Shown: one piece after another, positions 10,290 to 18,871 of the stretch
How positions within the stretch are numbered: position 1 is the first letter of the stretch
How the letters are laid out: each line of letters begins with the position of its first letter
From: Thermoplasmata archaeon
GTDB taxonomy: Archaea; Thermoplasmatota; Thermoplasmata; Lutacidiplasmatales; UBA184
Assembly (NCBI GenBank): GCA_022750055.1
Contig: JAKIWL010000002.1
Coordinates: 21,042-85,041, forward strand
Reading direction: 5' to 3'
DNA: 64,000 nucleotides
Position numbers and translations under genes: made by a program
Notes under the pieces: model-generated
What the model saw: the letters and a program-made list of their open reading frames with translations, nothing else
The model's database searches: none
What the model was told of the DNA's origin: nothing

Positions 10290-10371
10290 CTCGGCCCCCT
10301 CGCTGACCTCGCCCGAGGCCATCGGGGCGACCGGCCGACGCCGGCGTCCCGACGGGTATGGCGGAATTCGC

Positions 10372-11739
10372 ATGGAGACGGACCGGCTCGTCATCGCGGC
10401 CGAACCCGCAAACCCCCTCGGCGAGCGCGCGCCAGCCCCGACGGCACCGGGCCCGGGAGGCGGCGGCTCGGCCTCCGAACTCTTCGACTCGGTGATGCGC
10501 TACACGCCCGAGCTCTTCCAAGGCACCCGAGAGGCGCTGCGGGAATCCTACGTTCCAGCCCGCCTGCCGCACCGGGAGCATCAGATCCGCCAGGTAGCCG
10601 AGGTCCTCGCTCCCGCGCTCAAGGGCGACGTGCCGTCGAACCTGCTCATCTACGGCAAGATAGGGACCGGCAAGACGGCCGTCGTGGCCCAGGTCCGGTC
10701 GGACATGCTCAAGCGAACGGACCTGAAACATCGCGTCACGTTCGTGACCGTCAACTGCGCGAACGTGGATACGCCCTACAGCCTGCTGCAGACGATCGGC
10801 AACGCGCTCGCGGCGCGCGAATCCGAGCGGATCCCCACGGGCTGGTCGCTCGACCGGGTCCAGGCCGCGATGCGCTCCCTCCTCGACGCGCGGGAGGGTA
10901 CGGTCCTCCTCGTTCTCGACGAGATCGACCGCCTCGTTGCCCGGTCGGGCGACGGGGTCCTGTATACGCTCTCCCAGGTCAACACCGAGCTCGCCCAGGC
11001 CCGCTTGTGCCTCGTGGGCATCTCCAATGACCTGAAGTTTACGAACCAGCTCGATGCGCGGGTGCGCAGTCGGCTGAACGAAGAGAAGATCGTCTTCCCG
11101 CCGTATGACGCCCCGCAACTCGCCGACATCCTGAAGGACCGAGCCGAGGTGGTCTTCCGGGTTGGGGTCCTCGACCAGGGGGTCATCCAGCGCTGCGCCG
11201 CGTACGCCGCCCTCGAGAACGGAGATGCGCGCCGGGCCCTCGCGCTCCTTCGGTTAGCCGCCGAGATGGCCGAGCGGGACCGAGCGAAGCGGATCACGCC
11301 GGAGCACGTCGTGAAGGCGAAGAGCCGCCTCGAGCAGGACATCATCCTCGAGTGCTGCCGGACCCTCCCGTCCCACTGCAAGGTGCTGATGTATGCGATC
11401 CTGCAGCTGTTCGAGCGGCGCCGCGAGGGTCTGCAGACCGGCGACGTCTATGCCGCCTACGCGCGGCTCGCCCAACGCCTTGGCTTGCCGCCGTTGCATG
11501 CGAGGTCGATCTCCAACTATCTGTCCGAGCTCGAGAACCTCGGCCTCATCCGCGCGACGATCGTATCCCGGGGTCGGGGTGGCCGCACCCGCGAGATCGT
11601 CGTCGACGTCCCCGTCTCCGAGACGATCCCGGCCCTCCAGGAGGACCCGCTGCTCGCCCCCCTCGGTCGTCCGCGGGGCCAAAGCCAGACGGTCCTGACG
11701 AACTTCGACAACCCGAATCGAACGGGCCCAGCCAACTAG
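10372..11739 (+). CDS. cdc6: Orc1/Cdc6 replication initiator
   Basis: YVPARLPHRE, Walker A GKIGTGKT, VNC, Walker B LDEID, FPPYDA.QL.DIL..R, GDARRAL, C-terminal winged helix ending SRGRGGRTR. Confidence 0.95.
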   Translation: METDRLVIAAEPANPLGERAPAPTAPGPGGGGSASELFDSVMRYTPELFQGTREALRESYVPARLPHREHQIRQVAEVLAPALKGDVPSNLLIYGKIGTGKTAVVAQVRSDMLKRTDLKHRVTFVTVNCANVDTPYSLLQTIGNALAARESERIPTGWSLDRVQAAMRSLLDAREGTVLLVLDEIDRLVARSGDGVLYTLSQVNTELAQARLCLVGISNDLKFTNQLDARVRSRLNEEKIVFPPYDAPQLADILKDRAEVVFRVGVLDQGVIQRCAAYAALENGDARRALALLRLAAEMAERDRAKRITPEHVVKAKSRLEQDIILECCRTLPSHCKVLMYAILQLFERRREGLQTGDVYAAYARLAQRLGLPPLHARSISNYLSELENLGLIRATIVSRGRGGRTREIVVDVPVSETIPALQEDPLLAPLGRPRGQSQTVLTNFDNPNRTGPAN

Positions 11740-11770
11740 CCCAGTCCCCCGCCGGAGACGGTCCACCGAA

Positions 11771-11977
11771 TCAGGCCGTCGCGTCGGACGGGACTGCCAC
11801 GACCTCGGGGTGGGCCGCCCGCGCCCGACGGCGGGCCTGTTCGCGCTTGAGCTCGCGCAGGTCCCGGTCGACCTCCCTCAGCGAGTCGCTCGCCCGGCGG
11901 AGGCGGACGCGGCCGATCCGTTCGAGGGTCTCGATCTCGTGGTCGAGGGCCTCATCGGTGCCCCGAAAGCCGACCAT
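11771..11977 (-). CDS. Small coiled-coil hypothetical protein (68 aa)
   Basis: Starts 3 nt after the ALDH stop on the same strand, fills the gap exactly, and has a heptad-like charged sequence. Confidence 0.6.
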   Translation of the reverse strand: MVGFRGTDEALDHEIETLERIGRVRLRRASDSLREVDRDLRELKREQARRRARAAHPEVVAVPSDATA

Positions 11978-11980
11978 CGA

Positions 11981-13477
11981 CTACCGCGGGTCGATCTGGG
12001 CCTTCTGGAGGCGGCCGGAGTAGTCGATGAAGACCGTCTTTACCTCAGTGAACTCCTCGATCGCTGCCGAGCCCGCCTCGCGCCCGCCGTTCCCGGTGTT
12101 CTTTACTCCGCCGAACGGAAGCTGCACTTCCGCCCCGATCGTCGGCGCGTTGACGTAGGTGATCCCGGCCTCCAGCGCGTCGACCGCCTGCAAGGCGCGG
12201 CTGATATCGCGGGTGTAGATCGACGAGGAGAGACCGTAGTCGACATCGTTGGCGACGCGGATTGCCTCGGCGAAGTCCGGGACCTTCACGACGGACAGCA
12301 CCGGTCCGAAGATCTCCTCCTTGGACAGGCGCGAGCCATGGACCACCTCGAAGACAGTCGGCGCGACGAAGAAGCCGCGGTCGTACCGGGGCCCTGCGAG
12401 CTTGGAGCCGCCGGCGGCGAGACGCCCCCCCTCCTCGAGCCCGGTCTTGACGTAGCCGAGGACCTTGGTCTCCTGGTCCCGGGAGGCCACCGGCCCCATG
12501 TCGGTCGATTCGTCGAGCGGGTCGCCGACCTTGAGCGCGCGGACGCGCTCGAGGAGTCGGCCAAGGAACTCGTCGTAAATGCGTTCGTGAAGGATCACCC
12601 GACTGGTCGCGGTGCAGCGCTGCCCGGCGGTCCCGAACGCTCCGAACAGGAGGCCGTCGAGGGCGAGGTCGAGGTTGGCGTCCTCGAGCACGATCTGTGG
12701 GTTCTTCCCACCCAGCTCGAGGTGGACCATCTTGAGGCCCTTCGCTCCTCGGACGTAGACCTCCCGGCCCGTCTCCACCCCTCCCGTGAACGAGACGGCG
12801 CGCACGCGCGGGTCGGAGACGAGGGCATTCCCGACGACGCCACCGGACCCGGTCACGAAGTTCAGGACGCCCGGCGGAAGCCCCGCCTCCTCGTAGACCT
12901 CCACGATGCGCGCGGCGCTCAGGGCGGTGGTAGACGCGGGCTTGAAGACGACGGTGTTGCCGCATATGATCGCGGCCGCTATCTTCCAGTTCGGGATGGA
13001 GGTGGGGAAGTTCCAGGGTGTGATGCACGCCACGACGCCTTTCGGCTGGCGGATCGTCAGGCAGAACTTCGCGCGGAGTTCCGAGGGCACGGTCTCCCCG
13101 TAGAGACGGCGGCCCTCCCCGGCCATGAATTCGATGAAGTCGATCGACTCCTGGACATCCCCGCGCCCTTCCGCGATGACCTTGCCCATTTCGCGGGTGA
13201 CCGTGCGGGCTATCTCCTCCTTCCGGCGTCGGAGGATCGCGGCTGCCGCGAGCAGGATCTCCCCGCGTTTCGGGGCCGGGGTGTCTTTCCAAGCAGCCGC
13301 GGCGGCCCGAGCCGACGCGATCGCCGCCCCGACATCCTCGGCCGTTCCGGATACGAATTCGCCGACGGTCTCTCCGGTGGCCGGATTGATCGTGGTGAAC
13401 TTGGTGGCGCCGGTGGGGTCGGTCCAGCGTCCGCCGATGAAGAGCCCTTTGGCTACGGATGGGACCGAACTCGCCAT
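11981..13477 (-). CDS. NAD(P)-dependent aldehyde dehydrogenase
   Basis: ITPWNFP, FKPA, FTGG, LELGGKN, catalytic GQRCTA, EEIFGPV, PFGG. Start set at ATG 13477 (MASSVP). Confidence 0.95.
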   Translation of the reverse strand: MASSVPSVAKGLFIGGRWTDPTGATKFTTINPATGETVGEFVSGTAEDVGAAIASARAAAAAWKDTPAPKRGEILLAAAAILRRRKEEIARTVTREMGKVIAEGRGDVQESIDFIEFMAGEGRRLYGETVPSELRAKFCLTIRQPKGVVACITPWNFPTSIPNWKIAAAIICGNTVVFKPASTTALSAARIVEVYEEAGLPPGVLNFVTGSGGVVGNALVSDPRVRAVSFTGGVETGREVYVRGAKGLKMVHLELGGKNPQIVLEDANLDLALDGLLFGAFGTAGQRCTATSRVILHERIYDEFLGRLLERVRALKVGDPLDESTDMGPVASRDQETKVLGYVKTGLEEGGRLAAGGSKLAGPRYDRGFFVAPTVFEVVHGSRLSKEEIFGPVLSVVKVPDFAEAIRVANDVDYGLSSSIYTRDISRALQAVDALEAGITYVNAPTIGAEVQLPFGGVKNTGNGGREAGSAAIEEFTEVKTVFIDYSGRLQKAQIDPR

Positions 13478-13659
13478 CTCCGCCTCGCTCCGACCCTCGC
13501 TGCTTAGAAAAGCCTGTCGTGGTCGAGTATCTTGACGTCGAACCAGCCTGGACCGACGGGCGATCCTGGGTGAGCACGGGGGTCGCCCGGCCCCAAAGGC
13601 CGTCGGCCCCGACTCGCGCACACGACACATTTTGTAGTTCCATCGGGTGTCCCGCCCTC

Positions 13660-15171
13660 ATGGAGAACGTTCTGGAGGCCGAGCTCACCCTCAGCTCGTC
13701 CAGCCTCGAGCGGGGGCTTCTCGAACCGCTCGTGGACCGGGTGGCCTCGGAGGCTCTCCAACGTTCCCTCGGCGCGCGCGGTACAGGGTCGTTGTCCAGC
13801 TGGGCCGTGAACGGGGACCGGATCACCCTCACTCTGGAGTCCGAGGGGGGTCGACCCCACCAGGCTCTCCTCGCCATGGTCCGTCGGCTCAGTGAGGAGC
13901 TCGGGCGTTCACAGAAGATAGGGGTCCGAGCCGTTCGGGCGCTGCGGTATCGGGTCCGATTCGCCGCCGGAGGCGCGCCGCAGAAGCCGATCTCGCTCCC
14001 GCTCCCCCACACCCTCGCTTTCGAGGGCGAAACCGCGACGCTGGAGTTCACCGACCTCCCTGAGGAAGCGCTCCGCGACAACTGGGTGGACCGAGCGGTC
14101 CAGCTCGTTGTCGAGAAAGTGAAGCGCCAGGGTTACGCGGGGAAAGAGCAGTACTGGTCGCTCTTGCACCCGGCTTCGCGAAAGGAGCACGTCGGAACCC
14201 ACGACCCGACCGAAGAGATGCTCAAGCGGTCCTGGGTCCGCAACGGGCCGACGAAGGGCAAGTGGTTCCTCGGCCCGACCGCGGCGCACCTGTTCCGGAC
14301 GATGGAACGCATCGCGCGGCGCGAGGTGCTCGAACCGCTCGGATTCTGGGAGGTGGTCCAGCCGCACCTCGATTCGTTCGAGATCTTGCAGAAGACCGGC
14401 CACCTCGAGGGGCTTCCCGGCGAGTTCTACTACGCCGCCGAGCCCACGACTCGAGACCCGGCGCAGTGGGAGACGTTCACGGACCTGGTCAAGATCACGC
14501 ACCGCGTTCCGATGGAGGAGCTCAAGCGCCTCGTCGGTCCCCCGTCGTCCGTCCTTTGCTACGCCCAGTGCCCGACGATCTATTGGTGGTTGTCGGGTCG
14601 GACCCTCTCCGCCGACTCCCTCCCCCTCAAGATCTACGACCGGACGGCCGTCTCCAACCGGTACGAGAGCGGAGGCCGACATGGTCTGGAACGGGTCGAC
14701 GAGTTCCACCGATTGGAGCCGGTCTACCTCGGCACCCCCGAGCAGCTCCTCGCCCTTCGGGAGGCGCTGTTGAAACGCTACGCCCACGTGTTCGACACGG
14801 TCCTCGACCTCGAGTGGCGGACGGCCTGGGTGACCCCGTTCTACCTGCAGCAGTCCGGCGGGGTCGGCGTGGAGGATGTGAAGGAGCGCGTGAAAGGCAC
14901 GATCGATTACGAGGCCTACCTGCCCTACCGGGGCGATCGGGAACACTCTGAGTGGCTCGAGTTCCAGAACCTATCGATCGTCGGGGACAAGTACACGAAG
15001 GCGTTCACGATCCGAGCGCAGAAAGGCGAGCTCTGGTCAGGCTGTTCCGGGATCGGCCTCGAGCGCTGGCTCACGACGTTCCTCGCCCAGAAAGGGTTCA
15101 ACCCGGCCGACTGGCCGTCGAAGTTCCGGGAGTACTGCGGCGAGCTCCCGACGGATGTCGAGTTCCTCTGA
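13660..15171 (+). CDS. serS: Seryl-tRNA synthetase, methanogen type (type 2, Zn-dependent)
   Basis: ~503 aa with an alpha/beta N-terminal domain. DPTEEM..R.W, YAQC, RYESGG.HGLERVDEFHRLE, WLEFQN, WSGCSGIGLERW (the Cys/Glu/Cys Zn ligands of mSerRS). Confidence 0.88.
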   Translation: MENVLEAELTLSSSSLERGLLEPLVDRVASEALQRSLGARGTGSLSSWAVNGDRITLTLESEGGRPHQALLAMVRRLSEELGRSQKIGVRAVRALRYRVRFAAGGAPQKPISLPLPHTLAFEGETATLEFTDLPEEALRDNWVDRAVQLVVEKVKRQGYAGKEQYWSLLHPASRKEHVGTHDPTEEMLKRSWVRNGPTKGKWFLGPTAAHLFRTMERIARREVLEPLGFWEVVQPHLDSFEILQKTGHLEGLPGEFYYAAEPTTRDPAQWETFTDLVKITHRVPMEELKRLVGPPSSVLCYAQCPTIYWWLSGRTLSADSLPLKIYDRTAVSNRYESGGRHGLERVDEFHRLEPVYLGTPEQLLALREALLKRYAHVFDTVLDLEWRTAWVTPFYLQQSGGVGVEDVKERVKGTIDYEAYLPYRGDREHSEWLEFQNLSIVGDKYTKAFTIRAQKGELWSGCSGIGLERWLTTFLAQKGFNPADWPSKFREYCGELPTDVEFL

Positions 15172-16951
15172 GCCCGTCCGTTCGGGGGAGGCCCGACGGG
15201 CCGGGCGTGTAGCGACTCGGTCCCCCCCGAGTCCCCAGCGTCGACTCGAGGAGTTCGGGGAAGGGCCGGCACCTCCACTCGCGCCGGTCGGACGACCGAG
15301 GCCTCCGGGGATCCCTGAGGTGTGGAGGGCCGTCGATGGGAGCGTCGAGCACCCGCTCCTGCTCCCCGGCGCGCTCCGGGCGATCCCGTTCCAGCTGGAC
15401 TTCGCCCGCATTGGGATCTCCGAGGACCTGCTCGTCGTACTCCCCACCGGGCTTGGCAAGACCGCCATCGCCGCCCTCGTGGCCGCCGAGGTGCTTCGCC
15501 GCGAGCCCGGGAAGCTACTGTTCCTCGCCCCCACCCGCCCGCTCGTCCGGCAGCACGCCGATTGGTTCGCCCGTTCGTTCCGCGCCTTGCGGATCGCGCG
15601 CTTCACGGGGACGGTCTCCCGGCCGGTCCGGTCGGGAGGATGGGAGGCGGCCGACGCGGTCTTCGCGACCCCCGAGCTCGTCGCGAACGACCTCGCCGAA
15701 GGCCGGTACGACCTGACCTCCGTTTCGCTCCTGGTGTTCGACGAGGCCCATCACGCCGTCGGCAAGTACGCCTACGTCCCCATCGCCGAACGGTTCCGTT
15801 CGGACCGCCCGCCCGGTTCCCGTCTCCTCGCCCTCACCGCCTCCCCGGGCGGGAAGGACGAACGGATCGACGAGGTCGTCGGGGCGCTCGGTGTGCAACG
15901 GATAGAGGCCCGTTCGCGAGAGGATGAGGGAGTCCGGGAACACGTTCAGCCGGTCACGATCGAACATCGGTGGGTCGAGCTCCCCCCGGAGCTCGCGCGC
16001 CTCCAGGCCACCCTTCAGGAGGCCGAGCGCGAGGTCGCGCGCAAGCTTCAGCGGATGGGGTACCTTCGGAAGAAGCCGATCGGATCGCTCTCGATCAAGG
16101 ACCTGATCTCGCTGCGCTCGGAGATCTTCGCGCGACCCGGGCCGATGACCCGAAAGTTCGGCCCACTTTTCCACCAGCTCATCCTCCTGCACCTGCATCA
16201 CTCGCTCGAAAGGCTCGAGACGCAGGGGGTGGCTCCGTTCCTCCAATACGTCGATCGGGTCGAGCGCAAGGAGAAGCCCTCCCGGGGGGACCGGGCGTTT
16301 CTCGCCGTCTCGGGCCTCGTCGAGGCGCGTCGGGACGCCTCCGCGCTCCTCACCCAGACCCGGGTCGCCTCGCACCCGAAGCTCGACGCGCTGCGCGATC
16401 TCGTTGAAGAGGCGTACCGGGAGGAGCGGGGCCGCCCTCCACGGATCCTGATCTTCGCCCAGTTCCGTGACACGATCCAAGGGATCCGGGAGGCCCTGGA
16501 GGCGCAGGGTTTCCACGTCGAACGGTTCGTCGGCCAGGCGACCCGGGACAAGGACGACCCGGGGATGAACCAGAAGGAGCAGGCGCGCATCCTCGATGAG
16601 TTCCGGGCCGGTCGCTTCCCGATCCTGGTGGCGAGCAGCGTCGCGGAGGAGGGCCTGGACGTCCCGGATGTGGACATCGTCGTGTTCTTCGAGTCGATCC
16701 CGAGCGAGATACGCGCCATCCAACGGCGGGGCCGGACCGGGCGCTCCAGCCTCGGCCGGGTCGTGCTCCTGATGACGACCGCCACCCGGGAGGTCAGCTA
16801 CCAGAAGGCGGAGACCCGCCGGGAAAAGGCGATGGGGCGGATCGTTCGCCGCCTCTCGACCGAGTCGCGGGCCCGGTCGCGACGTCGCCGGGAGAGTTCA
16901 GCGACCGGGGAGTCGACCGTCTCCCCCACGGCCGATCCTCCTCCCTCGTAG
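15155..16951 (+). CDS. hef: Hef/FANCM(Mph1)-like SF2 helicase without an ERCC4 nuclease domain
   Basis: LPTGLGKT, LAPTRPLV.QH, DEAHHA, LTASPG, HPKL, IFAQFRDT, SVAEEGLDVP, IQRRGRTGR. The true start may be downstream of 15155. Confidence 0.88.
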   Translation: MSSSSEPVRSGEARRAGRVATRSPPSPQRRLEEFGEGPAPPLAPVGRPRPPGIPEVWRAVDGSVEHPLLLPGALRAIPFQLDFARIGISEDLLVVLPTGLGKTAIAALVAAEVLRREPGKLLFLAPTRPLVRQHADWFARSFRALRIARFTGTVSRPVRSGGWEAADAVFATPELVANDLAEGRYDLTSVSLLVFDEAHHAVGKYAYVPIAERFRSDRPPGSRLLALTASPGGKDERIDEVVGALGVQRIEARSREDEGVREHVQPVTIEHRWVELPPELARLQATLQEAEREVARKLQRMGYLRKKPIGSLSIKDLISLRSEIFARPGPMTRKFGPLFHQLILLHLHHSLERLETQGVAPFLQYVDRVERKEKPSRGDRAFLAVSGLVEARRDASALLTQTRVASHPKLDALRDLVEEAYREERGRPPRILIFAQFRDTIQGIREALEAQGFHVERFVGQATRDKDDPGMNQKEQARILDEFRAGRFPILVASSVAEEGLDVPDVDIVVFFESIPSEIRAIQRRGRTGRSSLGRVVLLMTTATREVSYQKAETRREKAMGRIVRRLSTESRARSRRRRESSATGESTVSPTADPPPS

Positions 16952-17000
16952 ACGGCCAACGCGGTCAGGTCGTCCCGACGTTTCTCGGCTCGGGGCGAGC

Positions 17001-17006
17001 TTATTA
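17001..17006 (+). promoter_or_regulatory. TATA box for the KdpF-like micropeptide (probably leaderless)
   Basis: TTATTA 24-29 nt upstream of ATG 17030, the typical archaeal spacing. Confidence 0.5.
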
Positions 17007-17029
17007 CCCGAACCTTCGATGGCCGGCCG

Positions 17030-17143
17030 ATGGACGTACTCGGGTTCTTCGTCTCGCATCTTGGGGTCGTCCTGTTCAGCGGGATCACGATCGTCCTCAT
17101 CCTCTACCTCATCCGGACGATGCTCCATCCGGAGAGCTACTAG
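17030..17143 (+). CDS. KdpF-like single-TM micropeptide (37 aa, not in the ORF track)
   Basis: Hand translation: MDVLGFFVSHLGVVLFSGITIVLILYLIRTMLHPESY*. One TM helix, and the ending YL...L.PE.Y matches the KdpF-family YL.YAL..PE.F signature. Confidence 0.7.
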   Translation: MDVLGFFVSHLGVVLFSGITIVLILYLIRTMLHPESY

Positions 17144-17268
17144 GGTAGTCCTCGTGAACGGGAGGCGGTCCGGTGACTCGGAGCATCGCCGACCCCACTC
17201 CCTGGTTCGATGCCGGACCCGCTGCTCCGATGGCTCCAGGGCGATGAGGAGCCGCTAGCAAGGAATCG

Positions 17269-18072
17269 ATGTACCGCCGCCTGCTCCTCCCGGTCAGCGA
17301 GCCCTCCCTCGTGGAGCCCCTGATCCGGTTCAGCTCGGCCCTCCTCGATTCGGACGGAGAGATCCGGGTCCTGCACGTCATCCCGACCAAGACCCTTCCC
17401 GAACTGACCCGTCAATGGAGGGCCTCGGTCAACCTTGTCGTGCCGGCCCATGAGGCGGGGGCGGCCCTGGGAGTCCGGGTCGATCCCGAAGTGCGCGCGA
17501 GCACCGATGTCGCCGGCGAGATCCTGGAGAGCGCGGAGACCCACGGCACCGAGGGGATCGTCATGACCCTGCGTGGGGACCGCAGGAGCCACAGTCCGAT
17601 CTTCGGCCACATCGCCTCCTCGATCCTGCACCACGCCCCGTGCGACGTCATCGTCGTGAACCGGCTCGCCCTCACCGGCGATCCCTCTCCCCGGATCCTC
17701 CTCCCTAGCTTCAGCGATCCCGCCCCCCCGAAGCTTCTGCGCCTGGCCGAGGAACTCGCCGTCGCGAACCGGGGCGTCCCGATCATCACCCTGACGCTGG
17801 CGACCCGCGGACAGGGGGCCCGGGGCAGCTCCGCGACCCGCACACCGCGCGGGATTCCCCTCGAGCACCGGCACTCGTTCTTTTCCCAATCGCTCCTCGG
17901 AAGCCATCGGCGGCTGCCGGAACTGCTCGTTCACGAGGCGAGCCGCGAGCGCTTCGGCTTCCTGCTCATCGGGGAGGAGGCCCTCCATCCGGAGGGGCCG
18001 ATCCTCACCCGGCGGGTACTCGAGGACCTCTTCCGACGCGCCCCCTGCCCCGTGATGGCGGTCAAGGGGTAG
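17269..18072 (+). CDS. Tandem universal stress protein (USP)
   Basis: MYRRLLLPV, VLHVI, IFGHIASSILHHAPCDVIVV, and a second USP ending LFRRAPCPVMAV. Confidence 0.85.
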   Translation: MYRRLLLPVSEPSLVEPLIRFSSALLDSDGEIRVLHVIPTKTLPELTRQWRASVNLVVPAHEAGAALGVRVDPEVRASTDVAGEILESAETHGTEGIVMTLRGDRRSHSPIFGHIASSILHHAPCDVIVVNRLALTGDPSPRILLPSFSDPAPPKLLRLAEELAVANRGVPIITLTLATRGQGARGSSATRTPRGIPLEHRHSFFSQSLLGSHRRLPELLVHEASRERFGFLLIGEEALHPEGPILTRRVLEDLFRRAPCPVMAVKG

Positions 18073-18079
18073 GGTCGCG

Positions 18080-18871
18080 ATGGGCGAGCTCTGGTTCATC
18101 GGAGCGGGTCTCTCGGACGAGCGTGACCTATCGAGGCGCGCTCTCGATGCGCTTCGCTCCTGCTCGGCGGTGTTTGCCGAGTCGTACACGAGCGTCCTGA
18201 GCCCGGGGTCGTTCGATCGCCTCGCCGCGGAGATCGGCCGGCCGATCGTCGTCCTAACGCGCACCGAGCTCGAGTCCGAGACCCAGATCCTCGCGGCGCT
18301 GGACAGCTCACCGAGGGTCGCCCTGCTCGTCCCCGGGGACCCGTTCGCGGCGACGACCCATGTTTCCCTCCGGGAGAGCGCGGAGAAGGCCGGCCACGCC
18401 TGGCGATACCTCCCGAACGCCTCGATCGCCACCGCCGCGGCAGGGTTCCTCGGTCTGATGTCCTATCGGTTCGGTAGGATCACGTCGCTCCCGTTCCCCG
18501 AACCTGGATTCGCGCCGACCTCCCCCTTGGAGGCGATCCGGTCGAATCGCTCGGTCGGGCTCCACAGCCTCGTTCTCCTCGACCTGAGGCCGGCGGAACA
18601 GAAGTTCCTGACCGCGGGGGAGGGTCTGCGGCTGCTCGGCGAACGCGAGGAGCCGGGCACCCTGCCGGCGGGCGGGGGACCGGTCGCGGTCGTGGCCCGG
18701 ATCGGGTCGGAGAGCGCGCGCGCCTGGTACGGCCCCCGTCGGGAACTCGAGGGCTTGGAGTTCGGTCCTCCGCTACACGCGATCGTGATCCCCGCCCCAG
18801 ACCTGCACTTCGAGGAGCGTAGCGCCCTCGAGCGGTTCCGCACGCGGGGACCCGAACGCCACTCCGGCTAG
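18080..18871 (+). CDS. dph5: Diphthine synthase
   Basis: LWFIGAGL, ESYTS, PGDPFAATTH, NASI, YRFGRITSLP, GLHSLVLLD, FGPPLHAIVIP..LHFEE. Confidence 0.93.
   Translation: MGELWFIGAGLSDERDLSRRALDALRSCSAVFAESYTSVLSPGSFDRLAAEIGRPIVVLTRTELESETQILAALDSSPRVALLVPGDPFAATTHVSLRESAEKAGHAWRYLPNASIATAAAGFLGLMSYRFGRITSLPFPEPGFAPTSPLEAIRSNRSVGLHSLVLLDLRPAEQKFLTAGEGLRLLGEREEPGTLPAGGGPVAVVARIGSESARAWYGPRRELEGLEFGPPLHAIVIPAPDLHFEERSALERFRTRGPERHSG

Noticed and set aside
11810-14081. Long alternative-frame and antisense ORFs (565 aa, 678 aa) over the ALDH and serS
   Set aside because: Typical stop-poor shadow ORFs of high-GC DNA, with no motifs and full overlap with confident genes.
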